Below are positions 13,681 through 24,559 of a DNA stretch of 64,000 nucleotides, one piece after another. The DNA is from Schizochytrium sp. TIO01. Its lineage: Eukaryota > Protista > Bigyra: Labyrinthulomycetes. The number at the start of each line of letters is the position of its first letter. The stretch's first letter is position 1. Location: contig SMSO01000031.1 in the NCBI GenBank assembly GCA_004764695.1, forward strand, positions 8,414,761 through 8,478,760, in the 5' to 3' direction. A program made the position numbers and the translations under genes. The notes beneath the pieces were generated by a model. That model made no database searches and was not told the origin of the DNA. It saw only the letters and a program-made list of their open reading frames with translations.

Positions 13681-15387
13681 ATGCCGCGAGGCGCAAGAGG
13701 TGGTGGAGGCGGGGGGCGCCGAGGCGGAGCTGGAGGCGGTGGAGGAGGTGCTCGCCGCAAGCCAATTAGCGGCAAGCAAAAAAAGGAACAACTCAAGGCG
13801 AAGAAACTCCGTAAACAGCAACGACGTGATGAGGAAGAGGAAGAAGACGATGAAAATAATGAAGAAGGGGATAGTTCTGGCGAGGATAATGATGATGCTG
13901 GTGCTGCTAATGCTGCTGTGAGATACACGCGATCTGGTAAGGATAGTAAACTCACATCGCTATTTTTGAGAGAAGAAGATGAAGATGTCCAAGCGAGGCG
14001 CCGGGATGCTGAAAGGCCACTTAATAAAGCAACTCGTGGAGAAAAACTGTATGCTCATGACAGCGTGGATTTAGGATTTCCACAACGACCTCCCTGGGAC
14101 CGGTCCATGACCCCGGAAGAACTTGACGCACAGGAAACCGCAGTATTTGAGAAATGGCTTGCATCAGTACATGGTAGCTACTCTAGACATGAACTTCCCC
14201 CTTTTGAGCATAACCTTGAAGTTTGGCGACAGCTCTGGCGCACGCTGGAAAAGTCAGATATGATGATGGTTGTCGCTGATGTGCGCAACCCACTCTTGCA
14301 CCTACCGCGTGCTTTGTACAGGCATATCACTGAAGATAAAAAGCTCCCGCTTCTCGTCTGCCTTACAAAGGTAGACATTGTAGAGCAAGCGCACGTGGAC
14401 CGTTGGATGGACTACCTCCGCAAGCACTACCCCAAAGCCAACCCATTTCCATTTTCCAACCGTGTCCATGGTCCTCATGGAAAGTTTATGAATGAGCGTG
14501 GTGGTGTACATCGTCGACGCCGTCTCATTGCGAACAAGCTAACGCAGGAGGAGGAGCGAATTGTACATGAGCACTCTACAGATTTGCTCGAAGCCTGCCT
14601 CAGCCTATCTCGCCCTCGCCAAGGCGAATCACTCCCAGATTCCAGAAATGAGCCCATGATTGGCATTGTTGGTCAACCTAATGTAGGTAAATCTTCGGTC
14701 GTTAACTCTCTAATCGGTGAGAAGGTTGTATCTGTATCCCGCAGTGTTGGTCACACTAAGCACTGGCAAACGCACTACGTACGGCGAGGCGGTGAAGTTG
14801 TGGCCCAAATTTGCGACTCTCCTGGGCTCATCTTTCCAGTTATTTGGAAACATGACACGATTCCGCCGCGCCACGTCTACGAATGCAGTGGACTGTATCC
14901 AATTCCCCAGATTCGTGAAACATTCAGTGCCATTCGTTTCTTGGCCGAACATCTGCCTATCGAGTTGTTATACAATTTGAAACTAGATGTTGACGACTAC
15001 GGGCCTGATTGGTCTCCCTACGCAATCCTTGGAAGCTTTGCTGATAAGAATGGTTATTCTGCCGATGGTGGTGGTCCTGATTTCCATCGTGCTGGCCTTG
15101 AGATTCTTCGTGACGTAGTCGATGGTCTCATTCTCGTATCTTTCGAACCTCCTGAAGGCAAACCTTCCGATACAATTGCTCTAGAGGGGCAAAATGAAGC
15201 AGATGCAGAAGTATCGAAAACATCTGCTTCTGCTGCTGATTCTGATGTTGACGCTGACGCTGACGCTGATGCTCATGAGAGTGAGAGTGAGAGTGGGCGC
15301 GAAGAAGAAATTGCTGTGACAGATAGAGCCATTGGTACGGCAACACCTGAAACGCCTCCAGTGCCCACCACAACGATGCAAGCCTGA
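13681..15387 (+). CDS. GNL1: Circularly permuted GTPase, GNL1-like (YlqF/YawG family)
   Basis: Motif order G4 (TKVD), G1 (GQPNVGKS), G2 (GHT), G3 (DSPG). FEHNLEVWRQLWR signature. N-terminal RKPISGKQKKEQL resembles GNL1 more than LSG1. Confidence 0.88.
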   Translation: MPRGARGGGGGGRRGGAGGGGGGARRKPISGKQKKEQLKAKKLRKQQRRDEEEEEDDENNEEGDSSGEDNDDAGAANAAVRYTRSGKDSKLTSLFLREEDEDVQARRRDAERPLNKATRGEKLYAHDSVDLGFPQRPPWDRSMTPEELDAQETAVFEKWLASVHGSYSRHELPPFEHNLEVWRQLWRTLEKSDMMMVVADVRNPLLHLPRALYRHITEDKKLPLLVCLTKVDIVEQAHVDRWMDYLRKHYPKANPFPFSNRVHGPHGKFMNERGGVHRRRRLIANKLTQEEERIVHEHSTDLLEACLSLSRPRQGESLPDSRNEPMIGIVGQPNVGKSSVVNSLIGEKVVSVSRSVGHTKHWQTHYVRRGGEVVAQICDSPGLIFPVIWKHDTIPPRHVYECSGLYPIPQIRETFSAIRFLAEHLPIELLYNLKLDVDDYGPDWSPYAILGSFADKNGYSADGGGPDFHRAGLEILRDVVDGLILVSFEPPEGKPSDTIALEGQNEADAEVSKTSASAADSDVDADADADAHESESESGREEEIAVTDRAIGTATPETPPVPTTTMQA

Positions 15388-15694
15388 GCTCATCTCCTCG
15401 AGTGGTTTACGAACAGGCCACGACTACTGGACATTAGAGTTCAATAGTTGATGCAGATCGACAAGTGCAATCTGGATAGAAAGTAAATTAGAGAAAGTAT
15501 GATAAAAGATATAAAAAAAGGGCTAAAAATAAGCACAATATGTCTGTCAAATGAGTTACTGCTACAAGTCGAAGTGAATCGTTCAAGACCCGCATATAAT
15601 CTCCTCCCTCGAGCCGCCGCCACCATTCTTGACATTTTCGTTGTCATTTTCAGCGCTGCTCGCGGTTCGGTTCTCAACATATGCAAGCGAGGCC

Positions 15695-16189
15695 CTACTT
15701 GGTGGTGGCACCAGGGGTGATGCCAGCTGCCTTGAGAAACTCCACGTAGAAATCATCCGTGGCGTAACAATCCGGTTCCTCATGCACGTAAAAGGTGCGG
15801 CCATCCTGAAGAGCAACGTTGACAAAGACACGCTCCTTGGCAGGAGCAATGTCTTGAAGGCCATTCGCAAGGCGAGTGGTTTGCATCTTACCGAAGATGC
15901 TGAAGGACTCAATTTCGAGCGACTTCTTGGCATTCGCAGCGGCCTGCACCTGGTACATGCGCCAGATGTAAGGCTTGCTCACGAAGGTGAGAGCAGCTGT
16001 GGTGCCGACAGCAAAAGCACAGACTGTAAATCCAATGCTTGCACGCTGGATCGGGCTCATCTCTTGGTTTCCAAAGGTTGCCAAAAGCGGCACGCCCACC
16101 AAGGTGCAGCCACAGCTAAAGATGGAGACTCGCTTCAACATCTTAACCATGGGGCCAAAGGGACCCTCGTACACAAGAACACGCTGCAT
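15695..16189 (-). CDS. TMEM70/TMEM186/TMEM223-family membrane protein (TMEM70-like)
   Basis: LVYEGPFGPMVKMLKRVSIFS followed by two hydrophobic helices and KPYIWRM. First ATG at 16189 in gccATG context; the ORF-track start at 16297 is non-ATG. Confidence 0.75.
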   Translation of the reverse strand: MQRVLVYEGPFGPMVKMLKRVSIFSCGCTLVGVPLLATFGNQEMSPIQRASIGFTVCAFAVGTTAALTFVSKPYIWRMYQVQAAANAKKSLEIESFSIFGKMQTTRLANGLQDIAPAKERVFVNVALQDGRTFYVHEEPDCYATDDFYVEFLKAAGITPGATTK

Positions 16190-16882
16190 GGCGAGATCTG
16201 GTCTTCTGAGGATGGAGACGAAGTCAAAGGAGGAGCACTTTCGAAGACTGCTCAAACTTAGCTTTCTCTCCTCTGTGTGTTTTGACTTTGATTGCACTAC
16301 TAACTAGTTACTTTTACTAGGCCCATGTTGTATTCTTTGCAGCCAAACAAATAGTACCTAGGCTACTACCTACTAGTACATATTAAAAAATAAGAACAGG
16401 AACGATGGTTGAATAGAAATGCAAATCAACCCAGAATAACCTGATCCAAATTAGAACCATCCAGAGGAAAATTCTGTACAATACTTGGCCCGACTCCGAC
16501 GCATGAAACACTGTTGTTTTGCCAGTGACACACAATGGAATTATTATATAGAGTACTTGAAATGGAAATTCATGAGATTCACAAGAGCCAACAAACTAAA
16601 ACTTAGTCTGTACATTGAAAATAGTGCACCAACGCAGCTTGACAAGATCCACAGATGCATAAACTAGGTATCGTTACTTACTGTCAAGAGTAGAGCCCAA
16701 TCGTCATAGTTATCACCAACATCTACAATGAAGAACTCTCCTCGGCCAAAATAAAGATGTTCTCAAAGTTCTATTAGATCTGGTAGTTCTAGGTGTTCTG
16801 ATGGTTCCAAGAGGGCAATTTTGAAATTATGAAACTCAGATTTGAATACGAATAGTATTTTGAAATTCATCAAAATACAAAA

Positions 16883-17722
16883 ATGTGCGCAGAACCAAAA
16901 AGTGAGATTATTTCTGCGACGCTGTTGTTCTGCAAAGGAGACTTCAGATTCTTTTGTTTCTGCGGGGTGTGTCGAAGGATTCTGCTTTCAGTGCCCATGC
17001 ATGCAGACGAGGAACCACCCCTGGTGGATTATTTGGCGCTAAGGGCGCGAATTAAGGGTCCGACAGCCCACGAAGGTGAGCTTTGGGGCTTGAAAGCAGC
17101 CTCTACAAGCTCAGAAGAAGATAAAAATGGCCAAACCTTGAATTCGGGAGCACCGAGTAACGCCAATGCGATTCAGGATAACTCTTCTAATACCATGACG
17201 GGAACTCCACAGGCTCGGGTTTGGGTTCGACACAGCGTGAAAAACATTGATAAGCGAGATTTGACAGTCTTGGTGAAACCGCTTCCGTCCAATGTGCTTA
17301 AAGTCGCAGATGTTGTTTTTGCAGAGGATCCGGCTCCAATGACAAGCACTGCTGGGCCTTCCGCAGGCTCGGCAGTAGACCCTAGCTCGGCGAAAACGCC
17401 TCCGCCTAAAAACAGCAAGCTTCCTCAGGGAGTTGCGATGAACATCTCGCCAGAGGAAAAAGCACGCTTACATGCTTTTGCGGCAACCGCTGGGGCACAA
17501 AGCACTCAACCTCTGCGTATTCACAGACCCGTCAGTCTCGGCTTGGTAGGCTACAGAGGTGTCACTGCCAAGAATTCTCGATTTCAAGCTCGAATACGGA
17601 TTCAGGGAGAGCTGAGGTACCTAGGAACATTCGACACCGCTGAGGAGGCAGCCCAAGCTTACGATACCGCTGCAAGATGCCACCATTCTCACCCAGTGCT
17701 TAACTTTGACTATTTCGACTAG
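16883..17722 (+). CDS. AP2/ERF DNA-binding domain protein (start uncertain; ATG at 16997 also plausible)
   Basis: C-terminal YRGV...FQARI...YLGTFDTAEEAAQAYDTAA...LNF is the AP2 consensus. Confidence 0.85.
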   Translation: MCAEPKSEIISATLLFCKGDFRFFCFCGVCRRILLSVPMHADEEPPLVDYLALRARIKGPTAHEGELWGLKAASTSSEEDKNGQTLNSGAPSNANAIQDNSSNTMTGTPQARVWVRHSVKNIDKRDLTVLVKPLPSNVLKVADVVFAEDPAPMTSTAGPSAGSAVDPSSAKTPPPKNSKLPQGVAMNISPEEKARLHAFAATAGAQSTQPLRIHRPVSLGLVGYRGVTAKNSRFQARIRIQGELRYLGTFDTAEEAAQAYDTAARCHHSHPVLNFDYFD

Positions 17723-18222
17723 CACATGGCTGATTGCACAGACAGATCGGCATCCCTATGAATACCCATGATATCATCAGAGCCCGCAAAAGAGTTTCCT
17801 TTTTGAAAATTGTCGTTGAATAAGTCAAGAAACACTTCGACATCCTTGAACTAAGCGAGCTTACATAGCATAAGCTACATTTCTGCAATTTAAGATGCAT
17901 TCAGCAATCAAATCAGTAAAGATTCTCCTTTTTGAGGCTATAGGCTAATTTTACTTACTTTTTCTTTAAATGATCATTTTGAAACAATTATGTATTTAAA
18001 TAATTGATATGTAACCATACACGATTCCTCATAATGTAACTGTGACGCTGGCATCCACAGAGAAGCTGTCTGATAGACTGCGTTCCATCGCTGCACACCT
18101 TCAAATGATGAATACTACCAACCACGTGCATGCGCATAACTAAAATAAAGACTGATTTATACTTGATTATAAACTTAATTTCCTTTGTGTGTTATCTCTG
18201 GTGCAAAGGGAGCGACAGTAGA

Positions 18223-19753
18223 CTACAATCGAGAAATGAGCTTTTCACGAGGAAGCGCATCAACACCGTAGAGACGGAACTGTGCACTTGTAACTGGGTT
18301 AAACAGAATCCTAAAAAACATTGCAGGATCCTGCCAGAAACTCACTTTCGGAACTGCACCAAGGTCCTTGGCGAGATTATCCATATACGGAATGTAGCGA
18401 ACAAAACCACTAATAGATGGCCTGCTGAGATGCAAAAAGTATTCAGAGACCTCTAAGTCAGACTTGACAGCTTCAGCTTTTGGAGCTGGTATTAGTCCAG
18501 CGAGGATTGCCGAGGCCCAGCGAGCTTGGAGTTCTCCAATACACGTCTCGTTTCCAAACGAAGTGACAAAGCCACATAAGAAGAGTGTTGGGTCCGATGG
18601 GCACATGCAACTCTTGTAAAGACGCAACCATGGGACCGTGCGACCATTCTCCCAAGTTGCAGTGCGAGTGATCTCTGCTGACTCCCGAGGTCCTAGAACC
18701 TTGTCCAAATTCAAAGTATACCCAGTGCAACAAATCACAGCGTCAGCGCGCATTGTGGTTCCGTCCGCCATATGAAGTTGTGTATGGCCCTGCTGATCTT
18801 TACTGGTATCTCCAGTGTATTCGGGCACAAACCGAATACGTCCCTTTCTCAGCTGCTCCAGGAACTCCGGTGTTTGCTTTAGATTTGCCGATGGACTTTG
18901 AGGGCCAAATAGTCCCGAAGGCGGCTCTGCCAGACCATACTCTCGAAAAACCTTATTCGTAGAGTACACAATCCAAAACAAGTATGCACGGCGTAGCTGT
19001 GTGGGGACGTTGTACTGTAGGAAGCGTTGCGCAAGCTTGAGATCAACAGGGTTTCCAGAAGAGTCCTTGGTAGGCACAATTGATGTTCCGCGACGAAAGC
19101 TGATACTCACGTCAATATCATCGTGGGTGCTTAGTTCAAGTGCAATGTCAAGGGCAGAATTGCCAATTCCCACAATGACAACAGATTTACCACGAAAGCG
19201 CGCAGGATTACGATACTCCTTTGCATGCAATACGTCCAGCTCGGGTGTTTTAGCTTTTACATTAGCAGGCATTGCCCATGTCGGTAGGCGTGGGTCCCAG
19301 AGTTTGCCTGTGCAGACGAGTACTGCATCAAAATAATCCACATCTCCATGCTCCGTTTCAACGCGCCAAATGCCCTTCTCTTGAAGTTTCTCCACACATC
19401 GCACTGCTGTGTTCCATTTGATATATTTTCCAAGATCAAAATGGTCCTGGTATGCCTGGTAATATCGCAAGATTTCTGCGTGCTTTGGAAAAACCTGTGA
19501 TGTCTCAAAGGGAAATGGGAAATCGGAGAGTTCCATAAGCGTCCGTGAAGAGTTGGTGAACAAACTATCATAAGCTGGACTATGTTGCGTGCCTTGATGC
19601 CAGACCCCACCACATGCGTGCTCCTTTTCATACCCCACCACCTCAAGTCCGCGTTCGCGACACCATTTAAGAGCCGTCAGACCAACAGAGCCAACGCCAA
19701 CCAACTGCAACCCGTTTCGCAAGTGGGACAACCCTTTCTCCATGGTCTTCCAT
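18223..19753 (-). CDS. Flavin-containing monooxygenase (class B FMO) with an apparent +1 frameshift near 19702
   Basis: KRVAV in one frame joins VGVGSVGL (FAD Rossmann motif) in the next. Also GGVW, FTNSS..MELSDFP, HAKEY, GIGNSA (NADPH motif) and CTGY. Confidence 0.85.
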
Positions 19754-19959
19754 CGTACTAATTCTCTGCTGGTACCCGCCTTCGTTGCCCTCGTTGGAAG
19801 CCACAAATTCTAGCTCTGCCGTGTCCGGGAAGCTGTGGCTGCAGGACGAGCTAGTACGTTCGGACGAACTCTTCATCGACAATCTGGATCGATATTTTAT
19901 TCGCTTGAGGCAAGTTGAGGTCCCCCTACTTCAAAATTTACGATCCTAGTACTCTCACA

Positions 19960-21400
19960 GAATGCTTAGTAATTTATTATGCGCACAATCTGCGAGTCCT
20001 ACAGATTCGCATAGCCAAATTCGTCATGGTGAAAGACAATCAAATGCAAGGGTCGTTGCCATAGCTGTTGAGCAATGTGACACCGTCACAGGACAGACCA
20101 CAGGTCTGATGCTACAAGACGTTGCCTTTCTTCATTACGAAGAACCAATCAGTGGATAATGCTAGGTTTTACCGAGAAGGGATCAGTGATGATGGCTCCT
20201 ACAGGGATCATTTTGGTCCCATTTGGTACATGCCTATGAAATGATCAACCACTCTTACTAATAGAGGCTCCTCTTATCTTTTTTTCTACTTTGGCGATAA
20301 CCCAAGTGAAACCATATCATGTGATTGACTTTGTGAGGCCATGCAATACACTAGGGGTCAAAAGTAGATATTAGTCCCACTTTCACAAGCAGCACCAGCA
20401 CTGCAATATATAGAATCCTTAACTACAAAGGAAGCCAGATGAAGTCATATGGAATAAATTAACCATGCAGCTTGGAGCATAGAGCGACCGCCACAACTGA
20501 CCTTCCCAGAAAGCTATGCATAAACGCCAAACTAATGAACAATACCTGCAGTCAAACCCTAGACAAGTCTGCATTTACACATTGCATTTAGCCGAGCTTG
20601 AAGCAAGTCGTGCTGAGCGATTTGCTCTTTAGACATGCTGCAAATAGATTCAGGATACTTTACCTCTGATTTGGCTTACTATCAAATTGCTGTCTAAAAT
20701 TCCTATTTTCGTATTCTGTTTTTAGCTCAACAAACAAACCTGTATCTAGACAGTAGTGGTTGCATATATTCATAGCGATAATCGTGTGAAAGGATCTTCG
20801 AAACTGAGGATCACGTGTTTGCCCATAACCAAAGCTTAGGCCAGCTTAGCAACTATGGATCTCTCTCCAAACACTGGATACTCCGAAAGCTTTACTTTTT
20901 ATACTCAAAACCTGGTCTACTCGCTTTATTTTGCAGTGAAAACCATCTTTAGGAATAACTCAAAGTATCTCTTTCAAGTTCATCGCTCTAATGTACGTTT
21001 TCTACGCATCTTATAAATACGTTTCTAGGTGATGGTGTTGGAGCAAATTGATCCGACGTCCCCGTTAGATACTGTTAATAAATCTCGTCTCTATTCGAGA
21101 GCTTCGCACGGAAAGAAGTGAGTGTTCATATCATTTCATATTAACATCCTAGCTTTGACTACGCGATTCGTAGTAGCATGGCCCTTTCCTTTTGTCAGTG
21201 CGCAAAGCTTTCTTCACACTTAGATCCCGTTCGAGTACGTCCCTTCTCGCAGTCAACCTCTTCAGGCTGTTACACCGACATTTAACCAAGCCTTCGAGCA
21301 AATGCAAAACAGCCACCGACTCGTATGGATCGGTGCACTTAGCACCTCACACGTAATACTACATCAGTATACCGATATAATTGGCACGCCGCATTTGAGG
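19960..21400 (+). ncRNA. Candidate structured non-coding block
   Basis: Adjacent tight hairpins TGTGAC/GTCACA 20076-20090, CAGACC/GGTCTG 20094-20108 and GGGATCA/TGGTCCC 20204-20220. No ORF longer than 65 aa. Confidence 0.35.
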
Positions 21401-21860
21401 CCGGAAGTAATAATTCACGTGCCAGGCAGGTGCTGCTGCTAGTTCTGCTACTACTTCTGCTACTGCATATACGAGGCGCTCCATATTTCTTGCTGTTGAG
21501 AAGTACATGTACTTCTTCACTATATTATTTTTTCAACAGGGCCTTGGATTTGGCCAAAAATAGCAACTGATCAATCGTCACCTTGACTCCAACTTCGGCA
21601 GCCTCCTCGGAGGGTGCTCTGCTCCATTGAAGTACTATCTTTCAGCAGCTGCAGGTAGGTAAGGTACCTACCTCCCTACCTCTCATTCGCAATTTCGGCA
21701 GTTCTCTTTCCCTGGCACGTGCTGGATCACTGTTTTCATTAATCATAAGCAAGCAGGTCTCAAGAATCTCAAAACTGCTGGAGAACCTGAAGACATCTTG
21801 AACTCGTAGGCGAATAATGCCCAATCTGGATACCGATTGGCTTCGGCTGAACAGCAGCTT

Positions 21861-21900
21861 GGAACAGCAGCTTCAAGGGTGGAACAGCAGCTTCAAGGGT
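21861..21900. repeat. 20-bp tandem duplication GGAACAGCAGCTTCAAGGGT x2, with a partial copy upstream
   Basis: Two exact adjacent copies. Confidence 0.9.
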
Positions 21901-23319
21901 GGCCGCTACTTGCCAGTCCAAGAAGAGAAGAGAATTTCGAGGAAGGAGGTACATCATGGAAGCAGCTTTTGTTCCTGCTAGTTCAATCAATCATCACCCA
22001 TTCATCAACCAATCAACCTGTCACTGCACTGAGCCCAACCGATCGGTCGGCCGGTTGACCTCAACGGCCTCGGCATCTTATAGCCGTCCAGCATCACGAT
22101 ATCAGCGTTGATTCAACGCTATCGTGGAGGTAATTTAATACTCTGGAGAGTAACTTCAGAACAGCGAAAATAGTCATTCAGTTTCGCTGTTCTCGCTAAG
22201 AGGCGCCTAGGCATTTCCTAGCAGCAATTATTTCTTCGGGATGTAAACAATGAAAGCACTTAGGCGTATTTTAAAATGCCACTGCTACCTGCGGCGGTAG
22301 CAAGGCTTAGAGAGCAAGCTTCCTTTACCTACCTCCTTCGACACTCACGGTGTCAAAAGCGGTCGATAATCAAGCTCTCCGCACGAATTTACTTAAAGTT
22401 GAAGGGAGGAGGAAATAAGCTTTGCAAGATCAGAGCCTCCTGCGCCATAGATGAGTCACGACAGAGGGTTTTGTGCTTCCTTCGAACCACCACGTGAAAA
22501 CTTTCAAGGGAGCTTTCAAGAGTTGGGTATGGTCACCCTCAAGGGTGCTGCTGCTGCTTGGAAAGACCTAAACGTTTGAGAAGGCAAACGAAAAGGGGAA
22601 ATCGAAAAAGCATGCCTGAAGAGTGGGTAAGTAAGTAAGTAAGTACCTACCTAGCCAGCAAGCAGCCTTGATAGGTAGCCGTGTAAGTAGAAGTAGGAGT
22701 AATTTTGGAGACAGGACAGTGACTGATTTTTAAGGATGAACAAAACCTAGGAAAACAAAACAGGTCCACTGTCGATCTGTGAACTTGACGAAACACGTCG
22801 CAAGGTTTACATAGTACCTTGCGGCTGATTATCTGGGACAAGTAAGGAAATACAAGTCGTTAGTAGGGGGCAGACACTCAACGACGACAGTTTCCCAACA
22901 CTTTGCCTGGAGGGACCCGATTCCGCACAAGCAAAGTCGGAACTCCCTGGCCGACAGTCAGCACTTGAATACAGATAAGAGAATCCCGCGCTGCTGTACT
23001 GCTCCCTGCAGCTATCTGACGCACCTGGTCCATCTTCGAAGAAGGGACAGGCAAAGTTTATGCGAAAAGGGAACTGCATTCTGTCTGGGAACGGCACAAC
23101 TTTTGCTTATACAAGAACAGCAAGCTTGAGAGCTCTACGACCAAGCAGCTCGAACTTGGCAACTCTGACGAGCTTCGTCGAAGGAGATAACTTAAGAACA
23201 TAGCCCTGGCCAGAGGGTATTAGTTGGCGCAAAGGCAGAAGCCACAGATTTCCTGCTTATCACTAAGGTGGTGGTGCGTTGGCAGCTGTAGCATTCTTTT
23301 GCAGAATTGATTAAGGACG

Positions 23320-24378
23320 ATGAGTGAAGAGCTGGTGCCACATGAATTTCAGGTGTTTACTACGAAGGACTTTGATGAGAAAGATGCGATTCTGAAGCGA
23401 GTTCTACTGATTGTGAACCCGAAGAGCGGTCTGAAGAAGGGTCTTCGCATTTGCAGGCGCATCGTACCCATCTTGCATGCCGGAGGCTGTGAGACGCAAA
23501 TTGTCTACACGGAATATGGTGGCCACGCAAAGGTCCTTGCTCGCGAATATGACCTCAGCCAAATTGACGTTTTCGCGCCAATCGGAGGTGATGGAACAGT
23601 GCACGAATCGATCAATGGCTTTATGGAGCGCGCTGATTTTGCAGAGGTCTGTGATCGTGTAGCTATAGGTATCATCCCTGGTGGTAGTGGTAATACTCTT
23701 GCATATGACGCCGGCTTGCTCAGTCCCATCATTGCTGCAAACGCGATAGTAGCTGGGTCCATTCGCCGATTTGACGTACACAAGGTGACCCCTTTAGAAC
23801 GTAGCAGCGACAAAGATGACAGTGCTGAACCAGGCACCGCCACGGAGCCTCCAGTGTACTCTGTAAACATTGTTGGGTATGGCTTCCCAGCAAATGTCCT
23901 ACAGAAAGCAAATGCCCTACGCTGCTTTGGTGGAGCTCAGTATGAAATGGCAGCCTACCTTACCCTTATTAAAAATCAAGGGTACAAATGCCGCATCGAA
24001 ATGGTGAATGAAGATGGCACAACCGTCGTGCGTGAGGATAAATACATCATGATTCAAGGCCAGCTTACAGTGCATATGGGCAGCCGTGTACCATTTTGTG
24101 TAAACGCCAAGCTTGACGACGGTCTTATTGACCTGGTCCTCATTAAACACGCAGGTCGTCGGGATCTTGTCAAGACTATCCAGATTGCTAAAAAGGGCAG
24201 GATTGCGGAAAGCCCTCTTGTTGAGGAGTTCCAGGTCCGCTCTTTTAAAGTTCTTCCTCTTGAGCAGCCAGTTATGCTTCAAGGCCCGAGATCAGTCAAC
24301 GTAGATGGTGAGCTTGATGGCTATGCTCCTTTTGAGGCTACGGTACTCCCCCGTGCACTTCGCTTCGTGTGTCCTTAG
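23320..24378 (+). CDS. Sphingosine/diacylglycerol kinase family lipid kinase (DAGKc)
   Basis: Motifs NPKSG, GGDGTVHE, IPGGSGN, DDGLID and VDGE. Confidence 0.92.
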   Translation: MSEELVPHEFQVFTTKDFDEKDAILKRVLLIVNPKSGLKKGLRICRRIVPILHAGGCETQIVYTEYGGHAKVLAREYDLSQIDVFAPIGGDGTVHESINGFMERADFAEVCDRVAIGIIPGGSGNTLAYDAGLLSPIIAANAIVAGSIRRFDVHKVTPLERSSDKDDSAEPGTATEPPVYSVNIVGYGFPANVLQKANALRCFGGAQYEMAAYLTLIKNQGYKCRIEMVNEDGTTVVREDKYIMIQGQLTVHMGSRVPFCVNAKLDDGLIDLVLIKHAGRRDLVKTIQIAKKGRIAESPLVEEFQVRSFKVLPLEQPVMLQGPRSVNVDGELDGYAPFEATVLPRALRFVCP

Positions 24379-24559
24379 AAAGCTCAGCGCGATCAGCCAA
24401 AGCCTATCAATTGCGCATGCCAATATCCAATTATATCGCGTGCCATGCACTGCAGCCAAGTGTTATCGCGTTCATTAACTTATTATATTCCAGCCTAATT
24501 CATTCCATGTAGTGGTTCTGCCGTGTAACCAATGCCTGATCCATACATAATTATAATCG

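Noticed and set aside
15629-16261. Long antisense ORFs (also 31673-32236, 36460-37095, 50171-50617)
   Set aside because: These are shadows of real genes on the opposite strand.
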